NCBI RefSeq assembly: GCF_018977255.1
Contig: NW_024704742.1
Span: forward strand, 93,932,001-93,996,000
DNA: 64,000 bases
Direction: 5' to 3'
Origin: Callorhinchus milii
Taxonomy: Eukaryota
Positions within the stretch are counted from its first letter, which is position 1. Each line of letters starts with the position of its first letter. Positions 12,967-24,563 of the stretch are shown here, in pieces. The notes beneath the pieces were generated by a model. The model did no database searches. It saw only the letters and a program-made list of their open reading frames with translations, and was not told the DNA's origin. A program made the position numbers and the translations under genes.

Positions 12967-15900
12967 GGAACTATAAAGTTATGTGGTGTTGTGCCATAGC
13001 TCTTGCACACCTCCTAGTGCACAGGTAGGAGCCTGAAAATAGATCTGGCTTTCTTTTGGTCAGGGAATAAGAAATATCACACAGAAAAAAGCGGGGGAGA
13101 AATTAATTGTCTAAAATTGTAATGTGATCTTCATTTTCACAATGCCAATCAAGTGTTTATCCAAGGTTTTCATACAGTTTGGGTAAACAAATATAAGATG
13201 ACGGTATAAGTAAAAACCTTAAATACAATTCCTTCTTTAACATAAATTTATCATTCTTAATTGATAGTGAAAATAATATTGAATGATAAAAACATGATAA
13301 ATTGATGTGAGAATGGAAATCCCATTATAAGTCAAGAACAATAAATTTCCTGTCATTAGTAAATAACATATTTTCAACTCTGTCTGATTCTTTAAAGAGA
13401 AACTTTACCGTCTGCAGTAAATTTCAAAGTGGCTGAAATTACAAGCAATGCCCAGACGTGCAAAGTGTGCGGAAAACAGTGCAGGCAATTTGCTTCGCTG
13501 GCTTCACTGTTGTGCTTGAGAAACAGCCAGCACAAGTTGGAGGCTGAAAGCAAGGAAAGTGCATAAGGCACTTTGTGCCAAGGCAAATGTGTTGGATGAA
13601 AAGGATTTGGAGGGTGCCCAGAGAATAAATTGATGCTGATATACATGGCAGGGAATGCAAGAGCAGAACCATCGCAGAGGGATTCTGTGGGTATATGAGG
13701 TTAGAAGGTGTCAGCAGCAGAACACATATTTGTTTGTAGCGCTGTATTCAGAAAATGCTAGCTTCTCACATCCTTCCAAATCAGATTACAACCTGTTGAA
13801 CTAGTGGCTAGAAAAAAAATAATATCCTATTCAGTACTCTCACTGGAGGAAGGACTTAGGTGTCATGTTCCATCAAATTATAGCCTGATGCTGCTTTTTA
13901 TTACAGTTTATGTGTGAAATTTCAAGGGAATGATGAAGTGCACCAAGGGTCATTAATAACCTTGACTTGCTTGAAAGTGAGAGTCCTCCTACTGTATTGT
14001 CCCTCTGTGTACTTAGGGAATAATAACTGTGAAATTTAACATAGTTTTTCAGCAGTTAACAGGTATACCTGTCAGTCAGAAAAGCACAGCTGCCCAGGTA
14101 CCTAAATTGCACTAATATACTTTTTTGTTGTGACTGGAGTTCCCTCCTAAGAAGATTATCTTTGCTCGTTGAACATACTGACTTACTCAGCCCTAAATAC
14201 ATTAGAATGTACATTAGAATGTATTCAGGATTAGAATTTGACATGCAATGTCAAAGAAGTAGCTACCCTTGGAAAACAACATGCAGACAGACACATAAGT
14301 GGGTAAAGTTTGCAATATGTTGTGATGTGATAAATAACACATATATGCTAATAAACACTGGCAATCAATCTAGTGGCCTACTGATGATTAAAATTTCAAC
14401 TGGTGCTCATGTTTCTGCTGAAAGTGGACTCTTTTATAATGATCCACCAGAATTTTTGGTTTTGCACCACCTCTAGGAGGGGACCGAGCACCAGGAGAGA
14501 TGTCTAGGTCCACATTGTTAGGGAAATGCAGTTGGGGGGCTCTCACTGGAGTAAACCTGATGGATATTCTAGTCTTTTTCACTCATTTCAATCTATGTTT
14601 TGCCCAAACAATATATACAATATTACAGTATATTCTGTGAAGCACTTTGAGCCATCTCAATGATGTGACAAGGCACTATATCAAATGCAAAGATTATTAT
14701 TTTTATTATTTAGTATCTATGTAAGGTGAAGCTATGCAGAAGGCATCTCCATCATCAGATAAAGGTGGTGGCATACAATTCCACTTTAACCATTAAATGA
14801 ATACAATTCCACAATTGCGAAAACTAGCAGTGAAACATTCCAATGGAAAGTCAACCACGACAAAGCCTTGCAGCAGTCAAAAGTCTCATTTTTAGTGAAG
14901 ATAGTGAGATGTACTCAGAAGCCAAGAAACAAAGAAAGATACTGAGGTGAATAATGCAGATTCCAAAAGAGATTCTTACTTTGTATTTATATATTCCAAT
15001 GTTTCTGACATGTGTCAATAGAATATGTTATGAAACATGACATTTTTCCATCTATTTCTAAGGACAGATCGCTGCTGTGTGAAACCCTTTCATCCAACTT
15101 TGGCACAGGCCATTCTTAAATTCTAGAAATCCTGTGGCAGAAAGTAGATAAACACTCAAGTTTTCCAAAAGTTGAAATTCTGAAATCGATGTCTGTTCGA
15201 ACCACAATACCAGGAAATGTTTTTTTTTGCAGTTCATGGAATTCTGTAAGCTGTCATGGCTGGTTATAGTCCACTGTTTGGCATTGTAGAATTCCAACAA
15301 TGTTCAGCATATCATGGATTTCATCGAAGTATGAAAAGTCACATTGACCAGAAGCAGAAAGTGTTCACAAAGGCAGACGGCACATCTTAAATTGAAGGAA
15401 AATCACGGAAGAAGGAATAATCAAAATATATAATAAAGTATTGTGCCACTTGAGCACATATCAGCTTGATGCAACCATGGAACATTTTACCATATATGAG
15501 CAAATCAAAGCACAATGTATTGCACCGGAGTGTCAGCTTTTTCGGATTCAGAAGAAACAAATTACAAGATTACAGATTATTCTGAAACTACGAAAAAAGA
15601 ATATATGTTCAAGAGTCAGAGATCAAAGAAGGAGATAAGCTGGTAGTTAAAATATGAGCAAGAAAAACAACCTTCTCCATGCACTCCATAATTATCTAGC
15701 AAACATTCCTTGTAATTTTAATATATTGTAATGTTTGTAGCTTCAAAATGTCTCATAGTGTTTGCTTCATAGGAAATTGCTTTTAAGTATAGTGTTTTGG
15801 GGCATCCTCCTGACATGAAAGATGCCTTATAAATGTAAATTTGTATTATTTATGTTTGTAGGCAAATGTGGCAACCAGTTTGCTTTCAGCAATATTCTCC

Positions 15901-16249
15901 ACACAGCCATAAAGTGAATAACTATTTGGAGGATTGGCCATGACATTGGAAGAAACTTCCTTCTCTTTTCAAATGTCCACCTGAACATGCAAATGAGACC
16001 TTGGTTCATAACATCTCATCCAAATAATGGCACTTCTGACAATTCAATACTGCCAAGTACTACATTGGAATGTCACCTTACACTGTGAACTCCCAATGTG
16101 GAGTTTAAAACCATAGCCTTCTGACATAAAAGAACGAGGACTACCAAACAAACCAACATGACAATTTACATTGTAATATGTAAATTGGGAATAACTGTGA
16201 TTGCAGAAAGAGACTTTCAGTAGGTCACAGGCATGTACGTATCCCATTA

Positions 16250-16750
16250 TAAGAAAGTTAAACCTTATGTGATCGACATAAGTGAGGAAAGACTGGGAAA
16301 AGTGAGGCTATTTGAATTAGAACAGAAAAAATTGAGAGCAGAGCTGATAGTTTTTTCAGTTTTTTTTAGTTATTTCCACTGGTTGGTGAACTGATAAATT
16401 TAATTTATTTATCAAAAAATACAAAGATAGAGGTTAGAATTGTCTTTTACACAATTCTATAAAATTGGGATGTCCTCCTGACATGAAAGGAGATATATAA
16501 ATGCAATTTGTTCTTGTTTTTACACACTATTGGGTAATCGAATGCCCTGAAAATAATGGTGGGCCAGAATCCACAATAGTTTTTAAAAGGGAATTAGACA
16601 AATATTTGTGAAATAAAGTATAAAGTAATTTGGGAAAGGGCAGGAAGTGGGATTAATTGATCTCTTTCAGAGATGCTGCTCAACACAATGTTTTGAGTCC
16701 AACCCAATGGGCTGAGTGACCTCTTTCTGTGCTGTAAATTCTCTGATTCT
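16250..16750 (+). mobile_element. Degraded CR1 3' end
   Basis: ERLGKVRLFELEQKKLRAELI motif (cf. ERLxxLGLFSLExRRLRGDLI) and a terminal TTCTCTGATTCT. Confidence 0.65.
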
Positions 16751-16779
16751 TTGATCACGTAGAACAGATAGATTGATTA

Positions 16780-17390
16780 CAATATTCATTTATATATAGT
16801 ATCCTTCAAGTAGGAAGATGTCTTGGAGCAGCTCACAGTGGTAGAGTTTGATGCTGAGGAAGGGGGAAAGAAGTGAGGGAGATGCCATAGGTGCAGCTGA
16901 AGAGGTAAGTTTTTAGGTGGGATTTAAGGTACATAGGAAGGGGACAAAGAGAAGGGCCACAGGCAGGGAGTTCCAGAGGTTAGGGGTGTATGACTGAAAG
17001 CTTGGGGCTGGAGGAGAGTGGGATGTACACAATAGGCCTGTGTTAGCTAAATCGAGAGGGTGAGCAGAGGAGTGTGCCGTGGGTAGATCAGAGAGATAGG
17101 AAGGTGCAAATGCATGAAAGGATTTATATTTGAGAAAAAGGATCTTGAAGTCAATCCATTTGGAGACAGGGAATCAGTGAGTATTGAGGTGCTGGAGTTG
17201 CAGAGTTTGGTGCGGAGAAGAATACAGGTGGTGGAGTTTTGGATTAACTGGATCTTGTGGATGGTGGACCTGGGGAGATCAACAAGGAATATATTTGAGA
17301 AATCAAAGTGGAAGGTGACAAAAGTGTGGATAAGAGGATCAGGGTAGTATGTGGTGTGAGGCCTGGGCGGAGACAGGCAATGTGGCCGGG
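16780..17390 (-). mobile_element. Old L2 LINE fragment
   Basis: LIHTFVTFHFDFSN..IQLIQN in ORF 17047-17502. Confidence 0.75.
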
Positions 17391-19766
17391 ACTGAATGTC
17401 AGGAAGGACAGTGGAGGATGAAATTGATACTCTGAAAGTAAGGGATATAGAGAAAAGATATGGAAATGGGATTAAAAAGATAGAGCTATCTTGAACTAAC
17501 AAAATAGCAGAGCAATTTCAAGAGTCTACTCCTGTTCCTGTTCACAAGATAACAAAAGGTTTGATGAAGAAAACCCTTCAGCGGGTTTGATCTTATCCTT
17601 CTAGAATGCTCACCTTCCTGACTTCCCATCACGGAATCAAGCTGTTTTTTAAACAAGTCCAGGACCTGGCCTCAATCACCCTTTCTGATAACTTGTTCCA
17701 GTCAGTAAATACCATCTGGATAAAGAAATATTTCCTGGTTTCTGACCTGAAATTGTTCTTTTAACTGTAAGCTTGTAATCCTCTTGTTCTACTGTCACAG
17801 TGCATCTAAAAGTAATGTATTTTGCTGAACACTTCCTTTAAAGCAGATCCACAATTTGTGCAAAAAACATTTAGCCACCAGAATTTGGGTAAATATTAAT
17901 GAATGAATTATTGTGTCAGTGTTATTGCAGACCGAGCAAGTCACAAAGCCCCTCATCAAATGACCTTTTGTCCCTTTAACAGATGAGGAAATGATGACAT
18001 TCACTAATACCGTGAAGATTATGCTTGAACTAGCAAATTTGCTAAATGTAACATTTAAGCCAGAGCAATTTGAAAAGTAACTCCAGCTCTTGTACATAAT
18101 ATATATTGGAATGAAATATGTGACATTTCATAGCAGATTTAATTGTGATCAATTTGAATCTTTGTTTGAAACGTCACATTTTTCACCCCATTGTTGCCTG
18201 GGTATAAATATATGCGTGGGTATAAATTCCTGTTCAATGCGCCAGCACTGGTTCTATCTCTCCTTTCTTGTCAAAAGCCAGACATATTCCAAAAATCTGT
18301 TCATCTTCACACTTAATTCTAAATATTAAACATGCTAATGGCTTCAAAGTCAATTCTTATGTACCAGCAATAAATTTGTCTCTGTATTTGGCGGTTAAAT
18401 TTGATCATGGTTGAATTGAAACCTTGTGAAGGAAGAAGTAGCGTTTGAGGGTAACTGTATACAGTGTTGTCTAATTGCATATGTATCCAGCAGAGGGAGC
18501 TGACCAGTGAGGTATTGCTGTCATACATTGAACAAACTCTTGGTTGAGAGGTTACAGTATGAGATTCATTGTGAGATTAGAGAATAATTGTGAAAACATA
18601 GGGAATACAGACAGACAATGATGCCTAAAGTGAGTGGCTTCTCTGCAATTTGATGTAGAACCCAGTTTCAAATAGAAAACATTGTCTTCTTTTTAAAAAA
18701 ATGTAAAAAAGTATTTTCCTTCCAGTGTGTGTGGCCTTACCATGTGATGGCAGTCATCATGATTTGAATTATCAGTAAAGCAGTCTCCAGAACTAAAGTC
18801 ATGAATTTACCCCCTTCTCAATTCACCGAATAATATAAATTTACAGCACGAAGAAGGCTATTTGGCCCATTGGGCCTGTGCTGGCTCTTTGAAACAGCAG
18901 TAATTTTAAAGATCTCAATCAGGTTTCCCTCAACCATCTCTGTTCCATACAAATAGCCCCCCACTCCCTGTGCTCTCATCCATTCAGTGCCCCCTGTGCC
19001 AGGCTACCAAGACACATGGCCGAGTGGCATCGACCCTGTACTCGGTGCTTTGCGATTCTATAGACCCCGTATATCGACTCGATATCTTGTGTTTTGATTT
19101 TAATAAAAATTAACTTGAATGCTTATATTATTTCCATTTGAGATTTTCATTATTTTGTTTGTGATAGGGCTATTAGATTATGTACATTTTAATTCACTTC
19201 ATTATTTCTTTCACTTTCATTGTTCACTCTGGATTTAATGATTATTCTTTCATATGCGGTATGTACTTTATTGATAAAAGTGTATTACTGTTTTAAATTT
19301 TGTATGAATTTTTGCGTGTTTTGCGTGTATTAAACTATAAGCTGTAAGCTGTATAGCTGTAAGGAAAATATGCAGCTTCCATTTGACAGAATACACAGTC
19401 CATGCACTGAACTGTGCCCGTGCAGTTAACTAGCCAAGGTGAGCCCAAAGTTGTTATGATAATAAATAGTGGTTAATTTTAAAAGGTTATTTTTAAAGCT
19501 AACCACTAATCCAGAAATCTTTGACTGTCCAGCGCCTTGGGACGTCCTCCCGATGTGAACGGCCCTAAACAAATGTAATTTTTTGTTCTTCATTTAAACT
19601 ATTTGACCATTGGCATTCATAATTTATACTAAAAAAAATACTGCTGGTTGCATTTCATGGGGTTGTTCCTATAAATGTTAAAAATTTATTGTATTGCAAA
19701 AAAAAATACTGTACATTGAAAATAGCAGCCAAGGAAAAACTACAAGTCCTAGAATGTTTTGCTGCT

Positions 19767-20138
19767 GATAATAATAATAATCCTTGCATTTCATACAGCG
19801 CCTTATCACATCTTGGACGTCTCAAAGCGCTTCACAGAATATACTGTAAAGTGAATTGAATGTATATTTTGCGGGCAAAATCCGGCAGCCAATTGCGCAC
19901 AGCAGTGTGTCCCATAAACAGTCATGGATTGAGTGAGCAATTTATTATTTTTTTAAAAGGAATTATTACACCCAGAAAAGTGATCCGCCAATCGACTAAC
20001 AACTGGGTTCCTATTTACTGCTAGGTAAAAAGAGGCATGTGAAGTGAGAAACTTGCCCAATGTTTCGCCCTGTCAGGAATCCAACCCAGGTCTCTCACTT
20101 GCGAGAAGACCGCTCTAAACTACTGAGCTACAGGAATC
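19767..20138 (-). mobile_element. Family A SINE, full length
   Basis: Reverse complement of the 4426 copy. Confidence 0.9.
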
Positions 20139-20379
20139 CATTGTAGCTACAGGACTCAGATCCTTGACTGTCTTGGTACGTCTCCTGACATGAAAGGCGC
20201 TATACAAATGTAATTTGTTGTTGCTTTGGATGCGTTGCCCAAGCAAGTGGTTCAAGTCCTTCAAGCCTGACGGAATTTGTAGCTGTTTACCCCCTTTCTC
20301 TAAAAGTTTGTCGTTCCTATGATTGAAAAATTTCCTTATATATATATTGTTATATATCAGAAGAATAGTTAATATATTT

Positions 20380-21782
20380 ACAACAACTTGCACTTATATA
20401 GCGCCCTGCACGCCGGCCGGTGTCTCAGAGCGCTTAACAGTGGCAGAGCCCGAGGCTGAGCCAAGGGGAGGGAGAAGGTGGTGCAGTCGAAGTGGAAGGT
20501 TTTCAGGCACAATCTGAAGATGAGGAAGGAGGGGGCGAAGTGAAGGGGTTAAGGGAAGGAGTTTCAAAGTTTTGTGTCGTAGTGGCTGAAGGCACGGCCA
20601 CCGATGGTGGAGTGGAGGACTCGGGGGACACGGAGGAGGCCGGACCCAGTAGAGCGGAGGCAGCGGGTACTGCTGTGGGGAGAGAGGAGGTTAGAGAGAT
20701 CGGGGGGTGTCAAGTAATGGAGGGATTTAAACATCTGAGTGAGGATCGTGAAGTCGATCCACTCTGTGACAGGGAGCCTGTGGAGTTTGGTAAGAACTGG
20801 ATTAATCGGGGTATGAAGTTTGGTGCGGGTGAGAATGTGGGCGGAGGAGTTTCGAATGAGCTGGATGTTGTGAATAGTGGAGGAGGGGAGACCGGAGGGG
20901 AGGGCATTAGAGTAGCCCAGCCGAGAGGTGACAAAGACATTAACAAGGGTTTCGGCAGCTTTTGAGATGAGGTGTTGTCGGAGACGGGCAATGTGGTGGA
21001 GATGGAAGAAAGCAGTGCTGGTCAGAGACCGGATGTGGGGGGAGGAAGGGTAACTGGGGATCGAACCTGACGCCTAAGTTACGCATGGGTTCAGAGAGTT
21101 TTAAGGACAGGTCGGGTAGGTTGAGGAGGTCGGAACCGTGGGACAGAAGACGTCGACGAGAGCCAAAGAGAGAGTATGGCTTCCATCTCGTATTTTATTG
21201 CAGGAAATTGCGCTCATCCAGCTCTTGATGTCTGACAGACAAGCTGACAGAACATCAGGGGACTGGGGGTCGCAGCTGGAGGTGGAAAAGTAGAGTTGAG
21301 TGTCATCCGCATACATGTGGAAGTTAACCCCGTGTCTGCGGATGACATCACCGAGAGGGAGCATATAGATGAGGAAGAGAAGGGGGCCAAGGATGGATCC
21401 TTGGGGTTACCCCGCAGGTGACTGGGTGGAAGCGAGAAGAAAAGCCATTTGCAGAAATGTAGTACTGGCGGTTTGCAAGGCAGGACTCGGAACCAAGAGA
21501 GTGCAGCCCCACTGAGGTGGATGATGGAGGAATGGCGGTGGAGGAGGATGGCGTGATCGACTGTGTCGAATGCGGCGGAGAGGTCCAGGAGGATGAGGAG
21601 GCAGAGGGAGCCCTGGTCACAGATACAGAGGATATCGTTTGTGACTTTCACGAGCGCTATCTTTGTACTGTGGGCAGAGCGGAAACCGGACTGGAGGGGT
21701 TCGAGTAGGCTGCGGAGGGAGAGGTGCGCGCGAAGTTGGTGGGCAACAACGCGTTCCGGAGCTTTGGCAAGGAGCTTTGACA
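20380..21782 (-). mobile_element. L2-clade LINE, 5'-truncated, RT fragment plus 3' tail
   Basis: Frameshifted RT motifs LQSGFRSAHST-ALVKVTNDIL, LLDLSAAFDTVDH and YADDTQLY in ORFs 21214-21831 and 21101-21364. The 3' end reads GCGCTATATAAGTGCAAG(TTG)n. Confidence 0.92.
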
Positions 21783-21811
21783 GTAACGTAACAGAAACAC
21801 ATTGACTGTTT

Positions 21812-21960
21812 AATACACGATAGAAACGCATTGAATATTTCAGATATTACAGAAGTGTGTCGAATATTTAACGTACCAATAGAAATAGATTAAATATGTC
21901 ATATACAATAGAATTACACTGAATATTTAATCTACAATTGCAAGACAAAATGACATGTAG
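21812..21960. repeat. Degenerate ~29-30 bp tandem repeat (ATAGAA...GAATATTT)
   Basis: About five diverged units with recurring AGAA...AATAT motifs. Confidence 0.5.
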
Positions 21961-21979
21961 TATATTAGAAATATGAAAG

Positions 21980-22432
21980 CAGGAGCTGAGTGGAGGCTGC
22001 AGTGGTTTGGCAGCCCAGGGAGGGATGGTTGCAGGAGGCAGGAGGTGGCGGTTTGGCTGTCAATCACAGGCAGGAGGTTCGCCTGCACCGACAACACGGT
22101 TTGTAGCCCCAAACCCACCCAACAACCGCCCAAAAAGTAGCCCAACACGACGCGTTGCCTCCTGTGGGGAGGACGAGTCAGGTCAGAGCTTTCGAAACTG
22201 TGTAAGAAAAGGTCTCCAAAATGAGTGACAGACAGACAGGGAGGGAGGGGAGGGGGAGGGGGGGGGAGGGGGTTGCAGGTTTAAATTCAAAATTGGATAC
22301 ATTAGGAACCCGCCCAAAGCTGGGGGTTTTCACGCCCAACAAAAAACCCGCCCATTGAACCCGCCCAACCGACCGCATTGGTCACAGGAGAGCGGCAACC
22401 GGGAGCGTCATCCCCGGCCCGGCCCGGCACAG
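21980..22432 (+). promoter_or_regulatory. Putative CpG-rich FANCC promoter and start of non-coding exon 1
   Basis: The most prominent non-repeat CpG-rich stretch upstream of the first coding exon. Three CCCGCCC boxes (22309, 22347, 22360), ATTGG/CCAAT boxes (22292, 22377), CHR-like TTTAAA/TTCAAA (22280-22291), G-tract 22239-22272, first CAG|GTCAG donor at 22432/22433. The TSS is inferred, not observed. Confidence 0.6.
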
Positions 22433-22798
22433 GTCAGCCCGGCCACACCCAGCCCGGCCCGGCCACACCCGGCCCGGCACAGGTCAGCCCGGCCACAACC
22501 AGCCCGGCCCGGCCCGGCACAGGTCAGCCCGGCCACACCCAGCCCGGCCCGGCCCGGCACAGGTCAGCCCGGCCCGGCCCGGCACAGGTCAGCCCGGCCA
22601 CACCCAGCCCGGCCCGGCACAGCACAGGTCAGCCCGGCCACACCCGGCCCGGCCCGGCACAGCACAGGTCAGCCCGGCCACACCCGGCCCGGCACAGCAC
22701 AGGTCAGCCCGGCCACACCCAGCCCGGCCCGGCCACACCCAGCCCGGCACAGCACAGGTCAGCCCGGCCACACCCGGCCCGGCACAGCACAGGTCAGT
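22413..22798 (+). repeat. GC-rich VNTR built from pentamers (GGCCC/AGCCC/GGCAC/AGCAC/AGGTC/ACACC)
   Basis: Directly visible, with 10 copies of CACAGGTCAG. Confidence 0.95.
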
Positions 22799-22857
22799 AA
22801 TGTTGTTAACCTCGCTCACACCTCAACATTGTGCCCTAACAAAGTTATCCCCTAAAT

Positions 22858-24209
22858 ACAGTCAGGAAATACCCACCACTGACCACTACACACACAGTCA
22901 GTGTATACCCACCACTGACCACTACACACACACACACAGTCAGTGTATACCCACCACTGACCACTACACACACACACACAGTCAGTGTATACCCACCACT
23001 GACCACTACACACACACACACAGTCAGTGTATACCCACCACTGACCACTACACACACACACACAGTCAGTGTATATCCACCACTGACCACTACACACACA
23101 CACACAGTCAGTGTATACCCACCACTGACCACTACACACACACAGTCAGTGTATACCCACCACTGACCACTACACACACACACACAGTCAGTGTATACCC
23201 ACCACTGACCACTACACACACACACACAGTCAGTGAATACCCACCACTGACCACTACACACACACAGTCAGTGTATACCCACCACTGACCACTACACACA
23301 CACACACAGTCAGTGTATACCCACCACTGACCACTACACACACAGTCAGTGTATACCCACCACTGACCACTACACACACACAGTCAGTGTATACCCACCA
23401 CTGACCACTACACACACACAGTCAGTGTATACCCACCACTGACCACTACACACACACAGTCAGTGTATACCCACCACTGACCACTACACACACAGTCAGT
23501 GTATACCCAACACTGACCACTACACACACACAGTCAGTGTATACCCACCACTGACCACTACACACACACAGTCAGTGTATACCCACCACTGACCACTACA
23601 CACACACAGTCAGTGTATACCCACCACTGACCACTACACACACACAGTCAGTGTATACCCACCACTGACCACTACACACACACAGTCAGCATATACCCAC
23701 CACTGACCACTACACACACACACAGTCAGTATATACCCACCACTGACCACTACACACACACAGTCAGTGTATACCCACCACTGACCACTACACACACACA
23801 CACAGTCAGTGTATATCCACCACTGACCACTACACACACACAGTCAGTGTATACCCACCACTGACCACTACACACACACAGTCAGTGTATACCCACCACT
23901 GACCACTACACACACACAGTCAGTGTATACCCACCACTGACCACTACACACACACAGTCAGTGTATACCCACCACTGACCACTACACACACACAGTCAGT
24001 ATATACCCACCACTGACCACTACACACACACAGTCAGTGTATACCCACCACTGACCACTACACACACAGTCAGTATATACCCACCACTGACCACTACACA
24101 CACACAGTCAGTGTATACCCACCACTGACCACTACACACACACAGTCAGTGTATACCCACTGACCACTACACACACACACACAGTCAGTGTATACCCAAC
24201 ACTGACCAC
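22858..24209 (+). repeat. Minisatellite, ~35 units of GTCAGTGTATACCCACCACTGACCACTA(CA)4-7
   Basis: Directly visible. It accounts for the repetitive ORFs at 22800-23837. Confidence 0.97.
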
Positions 24210-24399
24210 AGGGCTGGCACGATTATGAAATTCCATTGCCAAGTATGTTACCTTGGAGCCAGTTCAGTTCCAAGGAGACCCGCTTAACTCCGCCCCGAGA
24301 AGGTGGCCTCACTAGGTGGATAGTAGATACAAGGAACTCCCTGTGAGCCTCCCAACACCTCACAAGGACCATTTAGCATCTCCCCCCCCCCCCCCCCCC

Positions 24400-24563
24400 T
24401 TTTTTGTCCCGCCTAAAAACTTTCCTTTTCGGCCGTGCTTATGGCCACCTCCCCCCACACCCTCCACCCCCACCACCCCTGGCTTGGAGTCAGGCCCCAC
24501 CACTGTTAAGCGCTCTGAGACGCTACCCTGCATGGAGGGCGTTATATAAGTGCAAGTTGTTGT
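24400..24563 (+). mobile_element. L2 3' end
   Basis: RLKTFLF motif and tail GGGCGTTATATAAGTGCAAGTTGTTG. Confidence 0.8.

Noticed and set aside
1..21980. PTCH1 3' exons expected from human synteny
   Set aside because: No PTCH1-like peptide was seen in any listed ORF or by eye, so the region is treated as intergenic.
22355..23837. Long repetitive ORFs (PARPG..., SQCIPTTDHYTH...)
   Set aside because: These are translations of tandem repeats that are open in several frames, with no protein homology I recognise.
22858..24209. CRISPR-like repeat-spacer array (palindromic 28-nt repeat)
   Set aside because: The spacers are only (CA)n rather than unique sequences, there are no cas genes, and the context is vertebrate. 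It is a minisatellite.
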